Shown here in pieces: positions 17,629-28,007 of a DNA stretch of 64,000 bases. Position 1 is the stretch's first letter. Each line of letters begins with the position of its first letter. The notes beneath the pieces are model-generated. The model searched no databases, was not told the origin of the DNA, and saw nothing but the letters and a program-made list of their open reading frames with translations. Position numbers and translations under genes: made by a program. The stretch covers positions 62,001 to 126,000 of the forward strand of contig DATMBG010000043.1 in the NCBI GenBank assembly GCA_035559535.1, written 5' to 3'. This DNA comes from Candidatus Limnocylindrales bacterium. GTDB taxonomy: Bacteria; Moduliflexota; Moduliflexia; Moduliflexales; JAUQPW01.

Positions 17629-19056
17629 ATGGATAAAGGCAGGCGTAATTTCTTGAAAAGTTTGGTACTTCTTGGAGCTACAGGGTTATTGACAGGGCGA
17701 AAAGCCATAGCCCAGAACACTCCTTCTAAGAGAAGGATATCATCCAGTCAAGCAACTATCCGGCCACCAGAAGGATTTGTTCCGGTTATCACGCCCGATG
17801 TTCCTAAACTTCCCTACACACTGGAGAATGGTATCAAGGTTTTTCATCTGATTGCCGAGCCGGTCCGGCAAGAGTTTATTCCGGGGAGAGTCTTTGATAT
17901 TTGGGGTTACAACGGCCATGTACCAGGGCCTACCATCGAGGTAATGGAAGGAGATCGGGTACGCTTCCTCTTTCATAACAAATTACCCGAGGCCACGACG
18001 ATACACTGGCATGGTCTGGAGGTCCCCCTGGAGATGGATGGTGTGCCGGCTATCAGCCAACCTTTGGTTAAACCGGGTGAGATGTTCACTTATGAATTCA
18101 CCCTTCATCAAAACGGTACTTTCTTCTACCACTCCCATATGGCAATGCAAGAAATGATGGGCCTCATAGGACTTTTTATCATTCATCCCAAAAAACCTTA
18201 CCAACCCCCTGTTCATAAGGATTTTGGGCTGATCCTTCAGGAGTTTGCCGTGTTACCCAATAATACCATTCCCAACTCCCTTTCCATGGAATTTAACTGG
18301 CTGACCATAAATGGCAAAGCGGGGCCCGCCACGACTCCTATGATCGTCAAATTGGGAGAACGTGTTCGCATTCGTATGGTGAATCTGGGTATGAACCATC
18401 ATCCCATGCATATACATGGGAACACGTTCTATGTTACCGGAACAGAAGGAGGACGTATACCAGAATCTGCCTGGTACCCTGGAAATACCGTGCTGGTCGG
18501 CGTGGCCCAGGCTCGTGATATTGAGTTCGATGCGAAGTATCCGGGGGATTGGCTACTGCACTGTCACCTCCCTCATCACATGATGAACAATATGGTCTCT
18601 ATGGTAGGCCCCATAGCACACGCAGGTTCTGGGATGCCTACCGGTATGGGAATGGAAGAAGGGATGGGGATAATCCGGCAAGGGAACGCTCTGGATGAAG
18701 ATCTTGGACCTGCTTTGGGACGTGGTACCGGCATGGTCACCCGAGAAAAACCGACTTCTCATCTCGTAGGTGTTCAGAGCACCGAACCCCACCAGGGTCA
18801 CGGGACTCCTACCGAAAATGGGAACAAAAAACGGGTACCCGGATTTCCGCAAGACATGTTCATGCTTATGGATGAAGCCGTTGCTAAACCGGAGACCTAC
18901 GGGTTACGCCCGGGATGGTCAGGCGGCATACAGGGTATGATGACCTTAGTCCGTGTCCTTCCACCAGATATGTACGAAAAAGTGATGGCTATGATGAAAG
19001 AGAGACAGACGAAACAACCCCCCCAACAGCCAGCTCCTCTTCACAGGGATCATTAA
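17629..19056 (+). CDS. Tat-exported two-domain multicopper oxidase with Met/His-rich C-terminal extension
   Basis: GRRNFLK twin-Arg; HWHG, YHSH, HPMHIHG, HCHLPHH copper motifs. Confidence 0.92.
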   Translation: MDKGRRNFLKSLVLLGATGLLTGRKAIAQNTPSKRRISSSQATIRPPEGFVPVITPDVPKLPYTLENGIKVFHLIAEPVRQEFIPGRVFDIWGYNGHVPGPTIEVMEGDRVRFLFHNKLPEATTIHWHGLEVPLEMDGVPAISQPLVKPGEMFTYEFTLHQNGTFFYHSHMAMQEMMGLIGLFIIHPKKPYQPPVHKDFGLILQEFAVLPNNTIPNSLSMEFNWLTINGKAGPATTPMIVKLGERVRIRMVNLGMNHHPMHIHGNTFYVTGTEGGRIPESAWYPGNTVLVGVAQARDIEFDAKYPGDWLLHCHLPHHMMNNMVSMVGPIAHAGSGMPTGMGMEEGMGIIRQGNALDEDLGPALGRGTGMVTREKPTSHLVGVQSTEPHQGHGTPTENGNKKRVPGFPQDMFMLMDEAVAKPETYGLRPGWSGGIQGMMTLVRVLPPDMYEKVMAMMKERQTKQPPQQPAPLHRDH

Positions 19057-19420
19057 AGGTACTTGTTTTTGTCCTGATATCTGACATCCCAGGATAAACC
19101 TGTAAATATTAGGTTTTTGAGGGTAATGTAAGATTTCAGGACAGGTAAATTAAATCCAAATCTTGGATTTATATCTTGAATTTGTAGAGGGTTAATAACT
19201 ATCATCATAAGTCCTGTCACCTCTTATGAAGTTTGGAGTCTCTCTTGCATTAGTTTTGATAGTTATAGAGGAAAGGGATCATCTGAACTAAAAGAGTCGA
19301 GGTATTTAAACTCTGGGGATAGGATCCTCTGACGGCTATACCTGGAGGACCATTCCCCCTATGCCCCCAACGAGGGTCCTTTCTCCGGCTCTTTAATTTA
19401 AATTGAAAAGGAGGGTCAAG

Positions 19421-19885
19421 ATGAAACTCTTTTTAACTTTTAGTTTAATTTCTCTATTCTTCCTGGTTCCCTTTGGAATTGCTCTGGCTCAACAATCTGA
19501 GCAACATGAACAACATCATTCCCAATCATCCCAGGAGTCTCAACAACCTCAACCATCCCAAAGGCCTCAACAACCCCAGCAAGGTATGATGGGAGGCGGC
19601 ATGATGGGAGGCATGATGGGGGGTGGTATGATGGGTCCTGGAATGATGAGGGATATGGGAACGATGATGGAAAACATGTCTTCCATGCTGGAGCAGATGT
19701 CCAAAGATCTGGCGCAGGGGAGTATAACGCCAGAAATGGCCAAGCAGATGTCTGAGAATATGCAGGAGATGGCCCAGATGCTGAAACAAATGTCAGAGAT
19801 GATGGGCGGTGGGAATATGATGAAACGGATGATGGAGCGGATGTCGGAGATGCAGAAGAGGATGCAAGGGGGGAAACAACCCTGA
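19421..19885 (+). CDS. Exported Met-rich helical protein (putative Cu/Ag binder)
   Basis: AGGAGG SD, signal peptide, HEQHH, GMMGGGMM repeats, very high Met content. Confidence 0.75.
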   Translation: MKLFLTFSLISLFFLVPFGIALAQQSEQHEQHHSQSSQESQQPQPSQRPQQPQQGMMGGGMMGGMMGGGMMGPGMMRDMGTMMENMSSMLEQMSKDLAQGSITPEMAKQMSENMQEMAQMLKQMSEMMGGGNMMKRMMERMSEMQKRMQGGKQP

Positions 19886-20024
19886 TTGGAGAAAGTATCT
19901 ATAGATAAGGTATCTGCTATACGATACGCACCAAGCTAAGAATAAGAATTAGACCTGGGGTCTAGACACCTCCCTTACCCCCGTGGTATTAAGTTAAGGC
20001 CCCCTTTCCTGACCTTTCCCTGCT

Positions 20025-20095
20025 CCCCTCACCCCCTCTCCGTAGGGGCGGGAGGCCTCCCGCCCCTACGGAGAGGGGGAACTGGGGGGCTAGGG
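20025..20095. repeat. REP-like palindrome (GTAGGGGCG...CGCCCCTAC)
   Basis: ccccctctccgtaggggcgggagg/cctcccgcccctacggagaggggg perfect hairpin. Related units at about 3016-3040, 32341-32372 and 8168-8210. Confidence 0.7.
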
Positions 20096-20298
20096 GGGAT
20101 CGAGTAAAAATGAAAAAATGTGGGTAATGGTTAAAGGGGGGGGGAAGGGGGTGTTCAGGCAGAAAATAGGGCTTTCCCCCTTCTTAGGGTGATGCCTATG
20201 AGGTATTCGTTATAAGTCGGATACCTTATGAATCAGAGGGTGCAGGCATCTTGCCTGCTTCACAATTCCTGTGATTTTAGATCAAAGGAGTAAGTAAC

Positions 20299-22968
20299 AT
20301 GGCCCAGGTGAAAGATCCAGTATGTGGTATGCAGGTGGAAGAGAATATGGCTGCAGGTACTTCCACCTATGACGGGACCGTCTATTATTTTTGTTCGGAT
20401 AAATGTCTGGGTGAGTTTAAAGCGAACCCTGGGGAATATCTTGAAAAAACTACTGAAGAAGAAAATAAAGACGCTGCCGAAACCACGGTCCATCTACCTA
20501 TCGAGGGTATCGATTATGCCAGTTCGGCGCAGGCCCTTGAACGTGAACTTAAAAAGGTCAAAGGTATAAAACGAGTATTCGTTAATCCGATTACAGGAGT
20601 GGCCAGTATAACCTTTGATCCCCATGAGACCGGAATCGCGAAGTTTGTCAAAGTGATCCGACAGAATGGGTATCAAGCCGGATTTGTGAGCACAGTTATA
20701 CCGATCTCTGGGATGTATTGTGCTTCCTGTGTGGTCGCTATTGAAAAAGCGCTGAAAAAAACGCCCGGTGTCCTGACAGCTTCGGTTAACCTGGGAACGG
20801 AATCAGCCCATGTAACCTATTTACCTGCCAAGGTAGATATGGCGGCCCTACGCGAGGCCATCGAGTCTACCGGATATCATGTCAAGTCTATCTCTGGCCT
20901 GGCACAAAATGCAATTACTGAGGAGGAACAGAATAGGGTTGAAGAATATCAAACTCTTATGCGCAAATTTTGGTTTGCAGCTATTGTGTCGCTTCCTGTG
21001 ATTGTTTTCAGCTATCCAGATTTGATTCCTGGCCTGCGGGAATGGATGCCCAGGGGGAGCATCGAACGACGTATTGTGTGGGGACTGTTGGGAGTGTTGA
21101 CATTACCTGTGATGTTATGGTCCGGTTCCCAGTTCTTCATAGGGATGTGGGAGGCTTTGAAACATCGCTCTGCAAACATGCATACCTTAATTGCCATGGG
21201 CATTTCTGCTGCCTTTCTCTATTCTGTGGTAGCTGTGGCATTTCCTGGCTTATTTCCCAAAGAGGAACTGGCCGAAGTATTCTGGGATGTAAGTGTAGTT
21301 GTAACGGCCTTAGTTGTATTAGGTCTGGCCCTTGAGGTAAAAGCCAAGGGTAAGACTTCCGAAGCAATCAGGAGGCTCATCGGCTTGCAGGCTAAAACTG
21401 CGCGGGTCATACGGGATGGTAAGGAACTCGACTTGCCGGTAGAAGAAGTTGTGGTAGGAGATATAGTCGTGGTGCGACCGGGTGAGAAGATTCCGGTGGA
21501 TGGAACGATCATTGAGGGAAGTAGCGCCGTGGATGAATCCATGATCACCGGTGAGTCCATTCCTGTAGAGAAGCATGTAGGTGATGAGGTGATTGGTGCT
21601 ACCCTCAATAAAACCGGTAGCTTCAAATTTCGGGCTACTAAGGTAGGTAAGGATACAGCACTTGCCAATATCATCCGTATGGTACAAGATGCTCAGGGTT
21701 CTAAGGCTCCTATTCAACGTGTGGTGGATACCGTTTCTGGCTATTTTGTACCGGCCGTGATGATTCTCGCGGTGCTCGCCTTCATAATCTGGTACGATTT
21801 CGGTCCTGAACCGCGTATCATCTATGCTACCATCGTGTTTGTTACCACACTCATTATTGCCTGCCCTTGTGCTTTAGGTCTTGCCACGCCTACCTCACTC
21901 ACTGTAGGTATCGGCAAGGCTGCAGAAAATGGTATTTTGATTCGTTCTGGTGATGCCTTGCAAACCACTAAGGCGTTGGATACGATCGTATTAGACAAGA
22001 CGGGTACCATTACCCAGGGTGAGCCTGCCCTGACCGATGTAATTCCGGTAACAGGCTTTCCAGGGCTCAAGCCAAGCTTTGATGAAGCCGAAATCCTACG
22101 CCTTGCGGCTTCACTGGAACGTGGCTCAGAACATCCCCTGGGAGATGCTATTGTCAAGGCCGCAAAGGCAAAAGACCTTCCACTTATGGAAGCATCGGAG
22201 TTCGTTGCTGTTCCAGGTCAAGGAGTTAAGGGTCGAGTAGGTAAGCAGGAGGTACTGCTGGGTAATATCCGGCTCATGCAGGATCACCACATTGATATTA
22301 AAGCCCTTTCCAGTTATTGGGAGCGATTAGCCGGGGAGGGCAAAACAGCCATGTATGTGGCTGTAGATGGTCAGGCGGTAGGATTGGTAGCCGTAGCGGA
22401 TACCATCAAGCCGGATTCCAAGACTGCCATTTCTGCCTTGCGCAAGTTAGGATTAGAGGTCATCATGATCACCGGGGACAATCAACGTACAGCTCAGGCT
22501 GTTGCTCGACAGGTTGGCGTGGACCGGGTACTGGCAGAAGTCCTACCCCAAGACAAAGCCCATGAAGTACAAAAACTACAACTGGAAGGTAAGACAGTGG
22601 CTATGGTGGGTGATGGGATCAATGATGCTCCGGCCTTAGCCCAAGCAGATGTGGGAATAGCCATAGGTACTGGTACGGATGTGGCCATAGAAGCCAGTGA
22701 CATTACTCTCATCAGAGGAAGTCTTATGGGAGTGGTAACAGCTATTGAGATCAGCCGTGCAACGATGCGCAATGTATATCAAAACCTGTTTGGTGCTTTC
22801 ATTTATAATGTGTTGGGTATTCCCATTGCCATGGGAGTACTTTACCCATTTTTTGGTATCTTACTTTCTCCCTTGATCGCCGCAGCAGCCATGGCTTTCA
22901 GTTCTGTAACGGTGGTTAGTAACGCCAACCGTTTACGCTACTTTAAACCGAAAGGAGGAGTCCTATGA
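20299..22968 (+). CDS. copA: Cu(I)/Ag(I)-translocating P1B-type ATPase with N-terminal YHS and two HMA-like domains
   Basis: DPVCGM..FCSDKC (YHS), [39 protein letters not shown] and MAFSS Cu+ motifs. Confidence 0.95.
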   Translation: MAQVKDPVCGMQVEENMAAGTSTYDGTVYYFCSDKCLGEFKANPGEYLEKTTEEENKDAAETTVHLPIEGIDYASSAQALERELKKVKGIKRVFVNPITGVASITFDPHETGIAKFVKVIRQNGYQAGFVSTVIPISGMYCASCVVAIEKALKKTPGVLTASVNLGTESAHVTYLPAKVDMAALREAIESTGYHVKSISGLAQNAITEEEQNRVEEYQTLMRKFWFAAIVSLPVIVFSYPDLIPGLREWMPRGSIERRIVWGLLGVLTLPVMLWSGSQFFIGMWEALKHRSANMHTLIAMGISAAFLYSVVAVAFPGLFPKEELAEVFWDVSVVVTALVVLGLALEVKAKGKTSEAIRRLIGLQAKTARVIRDGKELDLPVEEVVVGDIVVVRPGEKIPVDGTIIEGSSAVDESMITGESIPVEKHVGDEVIGATLNKTGSFKFRATKVGKDTALANIIRMVQDAQGSKAPIQRVVDTVSGYFVPAVMILAVLAFIIWYDFGPEPRIIYATIVFVTTLIIACPCALGLATPTSLTVGIGKAAENGILIRSGDALQTTKALDTIVLDKTGTITQGEPALTDVIPVTGFPGLKPSFDEAEILRLAASLERGSEHPLGDAIVKAAKAKDLPLMEASEFVAVPGQGVKGRVGKQEVLLGNIRLMQDHHIDIKALSSYWERLAGEGKTAMYVAVDGQAVGLVAVADTIKPDSKTAISALRKLGLEVIMITGDNQRTAQAVARQVGVDRVLAEVLPQDKAHEVQKLQLEGKTVAMVGDGINDAPALAQADVGIAIGTGTDVAIEASDITLIRGSLMGVVTAIEISRATMRNVYQNLFGAFIYNVLGIPIAMGVLYPFFGILLSPLIAAAAMAFSSVTVVSNANRLRYFKPKGGVL

Positions 22969-23342
22969 CCCCAGATCGCTGGATCGTTACGGTATTTGGC
23001 TTACTATTGATAGCCTTTATTATCTGGTTTTTCTGGCTCAAGAAGCCTAAGGGTACGCGGGCAGCTATTACCCGTAGTGGCTATCAAGAAGCTATGATCC
23101 TGGTCAAGGGGGGGTACACACCAGATGTGATTGTCGTGGAGCATGGGAAGCCGGTGCGTCTCAACTTCCGCCGAGAAGAGACTGCCTCTTGTTCGGAGAT
23201 GGTGTTGTTTCCAGACTTCAACAAAAGTGCCAGACTACCTACCGGTGAAACCGTGGCAGTCGAATTCCTGCCAGAAAAACCCGGTGAGTATGAATTCGCC
23301 TGTCAGATGGGTATGCTCCGTGGCAAACTTATCGTCGAATAG
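22965..23342 (+). CDS. Membrane-anchored cupredoxin-domain protein (CupA-like)
   Basis: [24 protein letters not shown] overlap with copA. Confidence 0.88.
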   Translation: MTPDRWIVTVFGLLLIAFIIWFFWLKKPKGTRAAITRSGYQEAMILVKGGYTPDVIVVEHGKPVRLNFRREETASCSEMVLFPDFNKSARLPTGETVAVEFLPEKPGEYEFACQMGMLRGKLIVE

Positions 23343-23353
23343 GAAGAAAAAAC

Positions 23354-23614
23354 ATGGAAACCCAACAAAATTCAAATGGCCTGTTCTCCTCACGGAGTGG
23401 TTTTGTGCTGATTGCCTTCCTTGTTATTATTGCTTTTTTTCTCGTGACCGAGCATACCGCTCATCTCTTCGGTATCTTACCTTGGTTGATGCTGTTTGCC
23501 TGCCCATTTCTGCATTTCCTCCACGGAAGACGTGGCGGGCATAGCAAAGACAGGAAAGAACCTATGAATCACGCCGAAAACCCCAATCATAACCCTCAAG
23601 GAGGTAAAAAATGA
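23354..23614 (+). CDS. DUF2933-family small membrane protein
   Basis: TEHTAHLFGILPWLMLFACPFLHFLHG motif. Confidence 0.85.
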   Translation: METQQNSNGLFSSRSGFVLIAFLVIIAFFLVTEHTAHLFGILPWLMLFACPFLHFLHGRRGGHSKDRKEPMNHAENPNHNPQGGKK

Positions 23615-24261
23615 GCGATACCCCTGCCTATGGCCTGTGGGGGTTGGTCATCATCAACTCCTTAGTCTTCATCATCTTTGCCTTTAGCTTTACTCGTCCG
23701 CATACGCGCCGTGACTGGCGGTCGTTCGGTGCTTTTGCAGCTTTCATCGTGGCACTCTTTACCGAAATGTATGGTTTTCCGTTAACCCTTTACCTGCTTT
23801 CGGGCTGGCTGGAGAGCCGCTATCCCCAGCTTAACCTCCTCTCGCACAATGCCGGGCACCTCTGGCATACGTTATTTCGTATGAAAGGGGATCCTCATTT
23901 TGACATGTTTCATATCCTCAGTAATCTGCTCATCTTCGGCGGTTTCTTCCTGATTGCATCTGCTTGGCAGGTGCTCTACAAGGCACAGCAAGGCCATAAA
24001 TTAGCGGTGACCGGCCCATACGCCTACGTACGTCATCCCCAGTATGATGGTTTTATATTGATCATGTTGGGATTCCTTCTACAGTGGCCAACCTTACTGA
24101 CATTGCTTATGTTTCCTGTACTGGTTTATAGGTACGTTCGACTGGCGCGCCAGGAGGAACGCGAGATGTTGGCAGAATTTGGTGAAGAATATGCCCACTA
24201 TGCTGAGACAACACCGGCTTTCTTTCCGTGCCTTGGCCGTGCAATTGCACACAGTAAATGA
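23611..24261 (+). CDS. Isoprenylcysteine carboxyl methyltransferase (ICMT/PEMT) family membrane protein
   Basis: ALFTEMYGFPLT, TGPYAYVRHPQY, EE...FGEEY. Confidence 0.88.
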   Translation: MSDTPAYGLWGLVIINSLVFIIFAFSFTRPHTRRDWRSFGAFAAFIVALFTEMYGFPLTLYLLSGWLESRYPQLNLLSHNAGHLWHTLFRMKGDPHFDMFHILSNLLIFGGFFLIASAWQVLYKAQQGHKLAVTGPYAYVRHPQYDGFILIMLGFLLQWPTLLTLLMFPVLVYRYVRLARQEEREMLAEFGEEYAHYAETTPAFFPCLGRAIAHSK

Positions 24262-24473
24262 TAGGTTGAGATTATAGGTTGGTTGGAGCATTTTGATGCT
24301 CCTCCCCGATTATTCATGACAGACCCGTTGCGATATCGGATCGAGGAACAGCCGAGATAGCCCTGTCGGGTACTGAAGTATCTGGAACGGGTCCGGTTGG
24401 AATAAAACAAGATCTTTAGAGTTGTTCTTAGGATGAAGAATACATGTTTTTTCAATTTAAAGGAGGTAAAACT

Positions 24474-24731
24474 ATGATGCATGATGGAGGATGGTTTTGG
24501 GGAATGCATATATTTTGGTGGCTTTTCTGGATAATCTTAATCATCTTGTTCTTTTCATTACTAACTCCGGTACCGAAAAAAAAGGCGCGACTTCACCGCG
24601 AAACGCCCTTGGAGATTCTACAACGTCGCTATGCAACGGGGGAGATATCTACCGAAGAGTATGAAGAGCGAAAGGCGAGACTGGAACGAGACAAACCACC
24701 GACCGAGCCGTCGACGGGTAAACAGATTTAG
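24474..24731 (+). CDS. SHOCT-domain small membrane protein
   Basis: AAGGAGG SD; MMH..WGMHIFWW; PLEILQRRYATGEISTEEYEER. Confidence 0.85.
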   Translation: MMHDGGWFWGMHIFWWLFWIILIILFFSLLTPVPKKKARLHRETPLEILQRRYATGEISTEEYEERKARLERDKPPTEPSTGKQI

Positions 24732-24972
24732 ACTAAGAGGTTTGTGACAAGTTTATTTATCAGAATATCCATTTTTAGTAGTCAGGTGTTTAGGGGGCTC
24801 CGCCAGGGGGCTGCTTCCTCCCCACGCCAGCTTTGGGCTGGTTATTGATCGCTGCTGGATCGGTTCCAGTGATTTGGGGACACGTGTGTCTTTATATTTA
24901 AACTGTTTATCTTTAATAAGGGGTAAATTTTTGGTATTTAATATCTGTTTATTTAACGAAAGGAGATAAGTT

Positions 24973-26013
24973 ATGAGCTCAAAAAAGACCCTAAAAGTGG
25001 CTGTTAACGGTTATGGTGTCATAGGAAAGCGCGTTGCAGACGCCGTGGCCCTACAAGAAGATATGGAATTAGTTGGTGTTTGCGATGTGGCCACCGATTG
25101 GCGTATCCGGGTTGCAGTCAATAAAGGCTATTCCCTGTTTGGTTCAACCCCTGATACCGTATTGGCTATGCGTAAGGCCGGGTTAAAAGTGGAAGGTACT
25201 TTAGATGATTTGCTAAAGCAGGTAGATGTAATTGTTGACTGTGCACCGAAGAAGTTTGGTGCAGAAAATGCCAAAAAATATCGGCAGGCCCATGTAAAGT
25301 TCATCGTTCAGGGAGGAGAAAAACATGAAGTAACCGGTCATTCCTTTGTGGCTGAATCCAATTATGAAAGTGCCCTTGGACGGGATTCAACAAGAGTAGT
25401 GTCTTGTAATACCACTTCCATTGTTAGAACCCTGACCGCTTTAAAAAGGGCTGGATTACTTTTACAGGCTCGCGGAACTTTACTCAGAAGGGCTACAGAT
25501 CCCTGGGAAAGCCATTTGGATGGGATTATGAACACGTTGGTGCCCGAAGAAGGTATTCCGAGTCATCAAGGTCCTGACGCACAAACGGTGGATCCGGAGC
25601 TGAATGTTGTGACCATGGCCGTTAAAGTACCCGAAACCCTGGGTCATCTCCATTATTGGTCTGTAAAACTGACCCGAAGGGCCTCCAACGATGAAATCCT
25701 GGATGCCTTTCATAGCTCTTCCCGCATTGCGATGGTTCGTGCCAGTGATGGATTAAAAGCCCTCAATACTGTAAAAGAGCTTATGCTGGATCTGGGTAAA
25801 CCTCAAGGGAACCTCTATGAAGTGGCCCTTTGGGAGGATATTTTAAAGGTACAGGGAGATGAGGTTTTTTATTCTTACATGGTGGACAATCAAGCCATTG
25901 TGATTCCTGAGACCATCGATGCAATTCGTGCCTTAACAGGAACGGTTAAGAATGCCCAGGAATCCATAGAAATGACGAATAAATCGTTGGGTATCCAACA
26001 ACGATTTTTATAG
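24973..26013 (+). CDS. gap: Archaeal-type (class II) glyceraldehyde-3-phosphate dehydrogenase
   Basis: VAVNGYGVIGKRVADAV, QGGEKH, RVVSCNTT, PSHQGPD, IVIPETIDAIRA. Confidence 0.92.
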   Translation: MSSKKTLKVAVNGYGVIGKRVADAVALQEDMELVGVCDVATDWRIRVAVNKGYSLFGSTPDTVLAMRKAGLKVEGTLDDLLKQVDVIVDCAPKKFGAENAKKYRQAHVKFIVQGGEKHEVTGHSFVAESNYESALGRDSTRVVSCNTTSIVRTLTALKRAGLLLQARGTLLRRATDPWESHLDGIMNTLVPEEGIPSHQGPDAQTVDPELNVVTMAVKVPETLGHLHYWSVKLTRRASNDEILDAFHSSSRIAMVRASDGLKALNTVKELMLDLGKPQGNLYEVALWEDILKVQGDEVFYSYMVDNQAIVIPETIDAIRALTGTVKNAQESIEMTNKSLGIQQRFL

Positions 26014-26023
26014 GGTAAGCAGG

Positions 26024-27700
26024 ATGCTGATAGGATCAAGGCGGGTTCGTCATCTGCGGCGTTATCGGGAGATTGCCAGCACCCTGGTTCGTCATGGCCT
26101 TGGTTGGCTGGTGATGCAATTGGGTCTGGGTGATCTTGTCCCCTTCCATTGGGGATGGTTGGGTCATCCCCGGCGATCGGAGCCTTATACTCAGCCGGAA
26201 CATGTGCGTATGGTTCTGGAGGATCTAGGTACAACGTTTATCAAGCTGGGTCAGGTGTTGAGTACCCGTCCTGACCTGGTACCCCCCGATTACCTTATTC
26301 AGTTCAGCAAACTGCAGGACAGCGCGCCACCAGTATCTTACTCCCAGGTAGTCGAAGTGATCCAACGCGAGCTGGGGGCGCCACCCGGGGAGATTTTTAA
26401 AACCTTTGAAACCCAACCCTGCGCCTCAGCTTCCATTGGCCAGGTACATCTGGCCCGTTTGCCGGATGGTACTCCGGTGGTAGTCAAGGTACAGCGTCCT
26501 GGTGTAGAAGTTCAGGTGGAGCAGGATCTAGAAGTATTGGTTGATTTAGCCCACCTGGCTACTCAATATACCACGCTGGGTACGTATCTCGATATTGAGG
26601 GTTGGGTGGAGGAGTTCGCCTTTACCTTGCGCAATGAGTTAGATTACACGCGGGAGGGTCAAAACGCCGATCGCTTTCGTCGAAACTTTGCCCATGAGCC
26701 GGCTCTCCATGTCCCTCGGATTTATTGGGAATACACCACCCAAAGGGTTCTCACCATGGAAGAGATCCGGGGGATCAAAATTAGTGATCTAGAAGCTCTG
26801 GAGGCTGCCGGGCTAGACCGCCACCGCATCGCTGAGAACAGTGCACGCATCATGCTCACCATGGTCTTTGAGCATGGTTTCTTCCACGCTGATCCCCATC
26901 CTGGCAACTTCTTTGTGTTGCCCGGTGAGGTGATTGGTCTGATTGACTACGGTATGGTCGGTCGCCTGGATACCTCTTTACGGGCGGGATTGATTCGACT
27001 ATTCCTGGCTCTGGTTCGCCAGGACGCAGATCGGTTGGTAGACGAATTTCTGGCTTTTGGCATCGCTCGAAGGCGCGTGCAACGCCAGGCCCTTAAGCGA
27101 GACCTGGATCACTTCATCCAGCGCTATTACGATCGGCCGATCAAAGAAATCGCGGCGGGGCAGGCCTTTAACGAACTGATGGCCATTGCCCTGCGTCACC
27201 GACTGCAGCTCCCCACCGATTGGACCTTAATGGCCAAGGTCATTGCCATGAGCGAGGGGTTAGGAGCTCAGTTGGATCCGGAATTTAAGCTGATGGAGTT
27301 TGCACAACCGTACTTCGAGCGCTTCTGGTGGCAGAGTCACTCTCCCAGAACACAAGCCTATCGGATTGCGGAAGGGGCGCTGGATCTGATCGATCTGGGG
27401 GTTGATCTTCCCAGACGATTCGGGCGCCTATTGGGACAGTTGGAACGGGGTGAGATTACCATTGTCAGCCGCCGTGAGGAACCAGAAGAGATCTTGAGAG
27501 AACTCCATCGAGCTACCAACCGGCAGGCAATGAGTACCCTCACAGCAGCCTTGATCATTGGACTTGGCTTGCTTATGCTGGTCTATCATCCTCCGGGTTG
27601 GGAGCGATTCGGGAGCCGGGTATTTGGGCTACTGTTCGGGATGGTCCTGTTTTTCGGCCTGGGGCTACTATGGTCTATCTGGCGGTCAGGTCGTTCATAG
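26024..27700 (+). CDS. ABC1/AarF/UbiB-family atypical kinase
   Basis: FIKLGQVLSTRPD, SASIGQVH, VVKVQRPG, FFHADPHPGN, IDYGMVG. Confidence 0.92.
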   Translation: MLIGSRRVRHLRRYREIASTLVRHGLGWLVMQLGLGDLVPFHWGWLGHPRRSEPYTQPEHVRMVLEDLGTTFIKLGQVLSTRPDLVPPDYLIQFSKLQDSAPPVSYSQVVEVIQRELGAPPGEIFKTFETQPCASASIGQVHLARLPDGTPVVVKVQRPGVEVQVEQDLEVLVDLAHLATQYTTLGTYLDIEGWVEEFAFTLRNELDYTREGQNADRFRRNFAHEPALHVPRIYWEYTTQRVLTMEEIRGIKISDLEALEAAGLDRHRIAENSARIMLTMVFEHGFFHADPHPGNFFVLPGEVIGLIDYGMVGRLDTSLRAGLIRLFLALVRQDADRLVDEFLAFGIARRRVQRQALKRDLDHFIQRYYDRPIKEIAAGQAFNELMAIALRHRLQLPTDWTLMAKVIAMSEGLGAQLDPEFKLMEFAQPYFERFWWQSHSPRTQAYRIAEGALDLIDLGVDLPRRFGRLLGQLERGEITIVSRREEPEEILRELHRATNRQAMSTLTAALIIGLGLLMLVYHPPGWERFGSRVFGLLFGMVLFFGLGLLWSIWRSGRS

Positions 27701-28007
27701 ATGGCTTCTATCCGCCAGGAATTATCAACCCGGAATCATGGCCTCATTAAACTCTACCGCCAGTTGAATCACGATTTGTGAGAAGAGTGGCCGGGTCGAT
27801 ACGTAATGGGGTAAAGACACGTTCCCCCCCGGCGGATGCCATAAAGTTAGTGATGTCCGTCTAAGCTAAGTTTACCCGCTGCTATAGGGAGAGGCGTCGG
27901 AGGGAGTCTTAAATTAGAACTAAGTTTACAAGAGGTCGAGGGTTTGCTTAAATTTGTTGAAACCCAGGAAATGACTTTGGCTCAATTAAAATGGGAGGGA
28001 ACATGAC

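Noticed and set aside
19965-19995. CsoR-like operator (TACC-N5-GGTA) upstream of copA
   Set aside because: The dyad is short, lies about 300 nt from the start amid repeat DNA, and no csoR gene is in the window, so support is insufficient.
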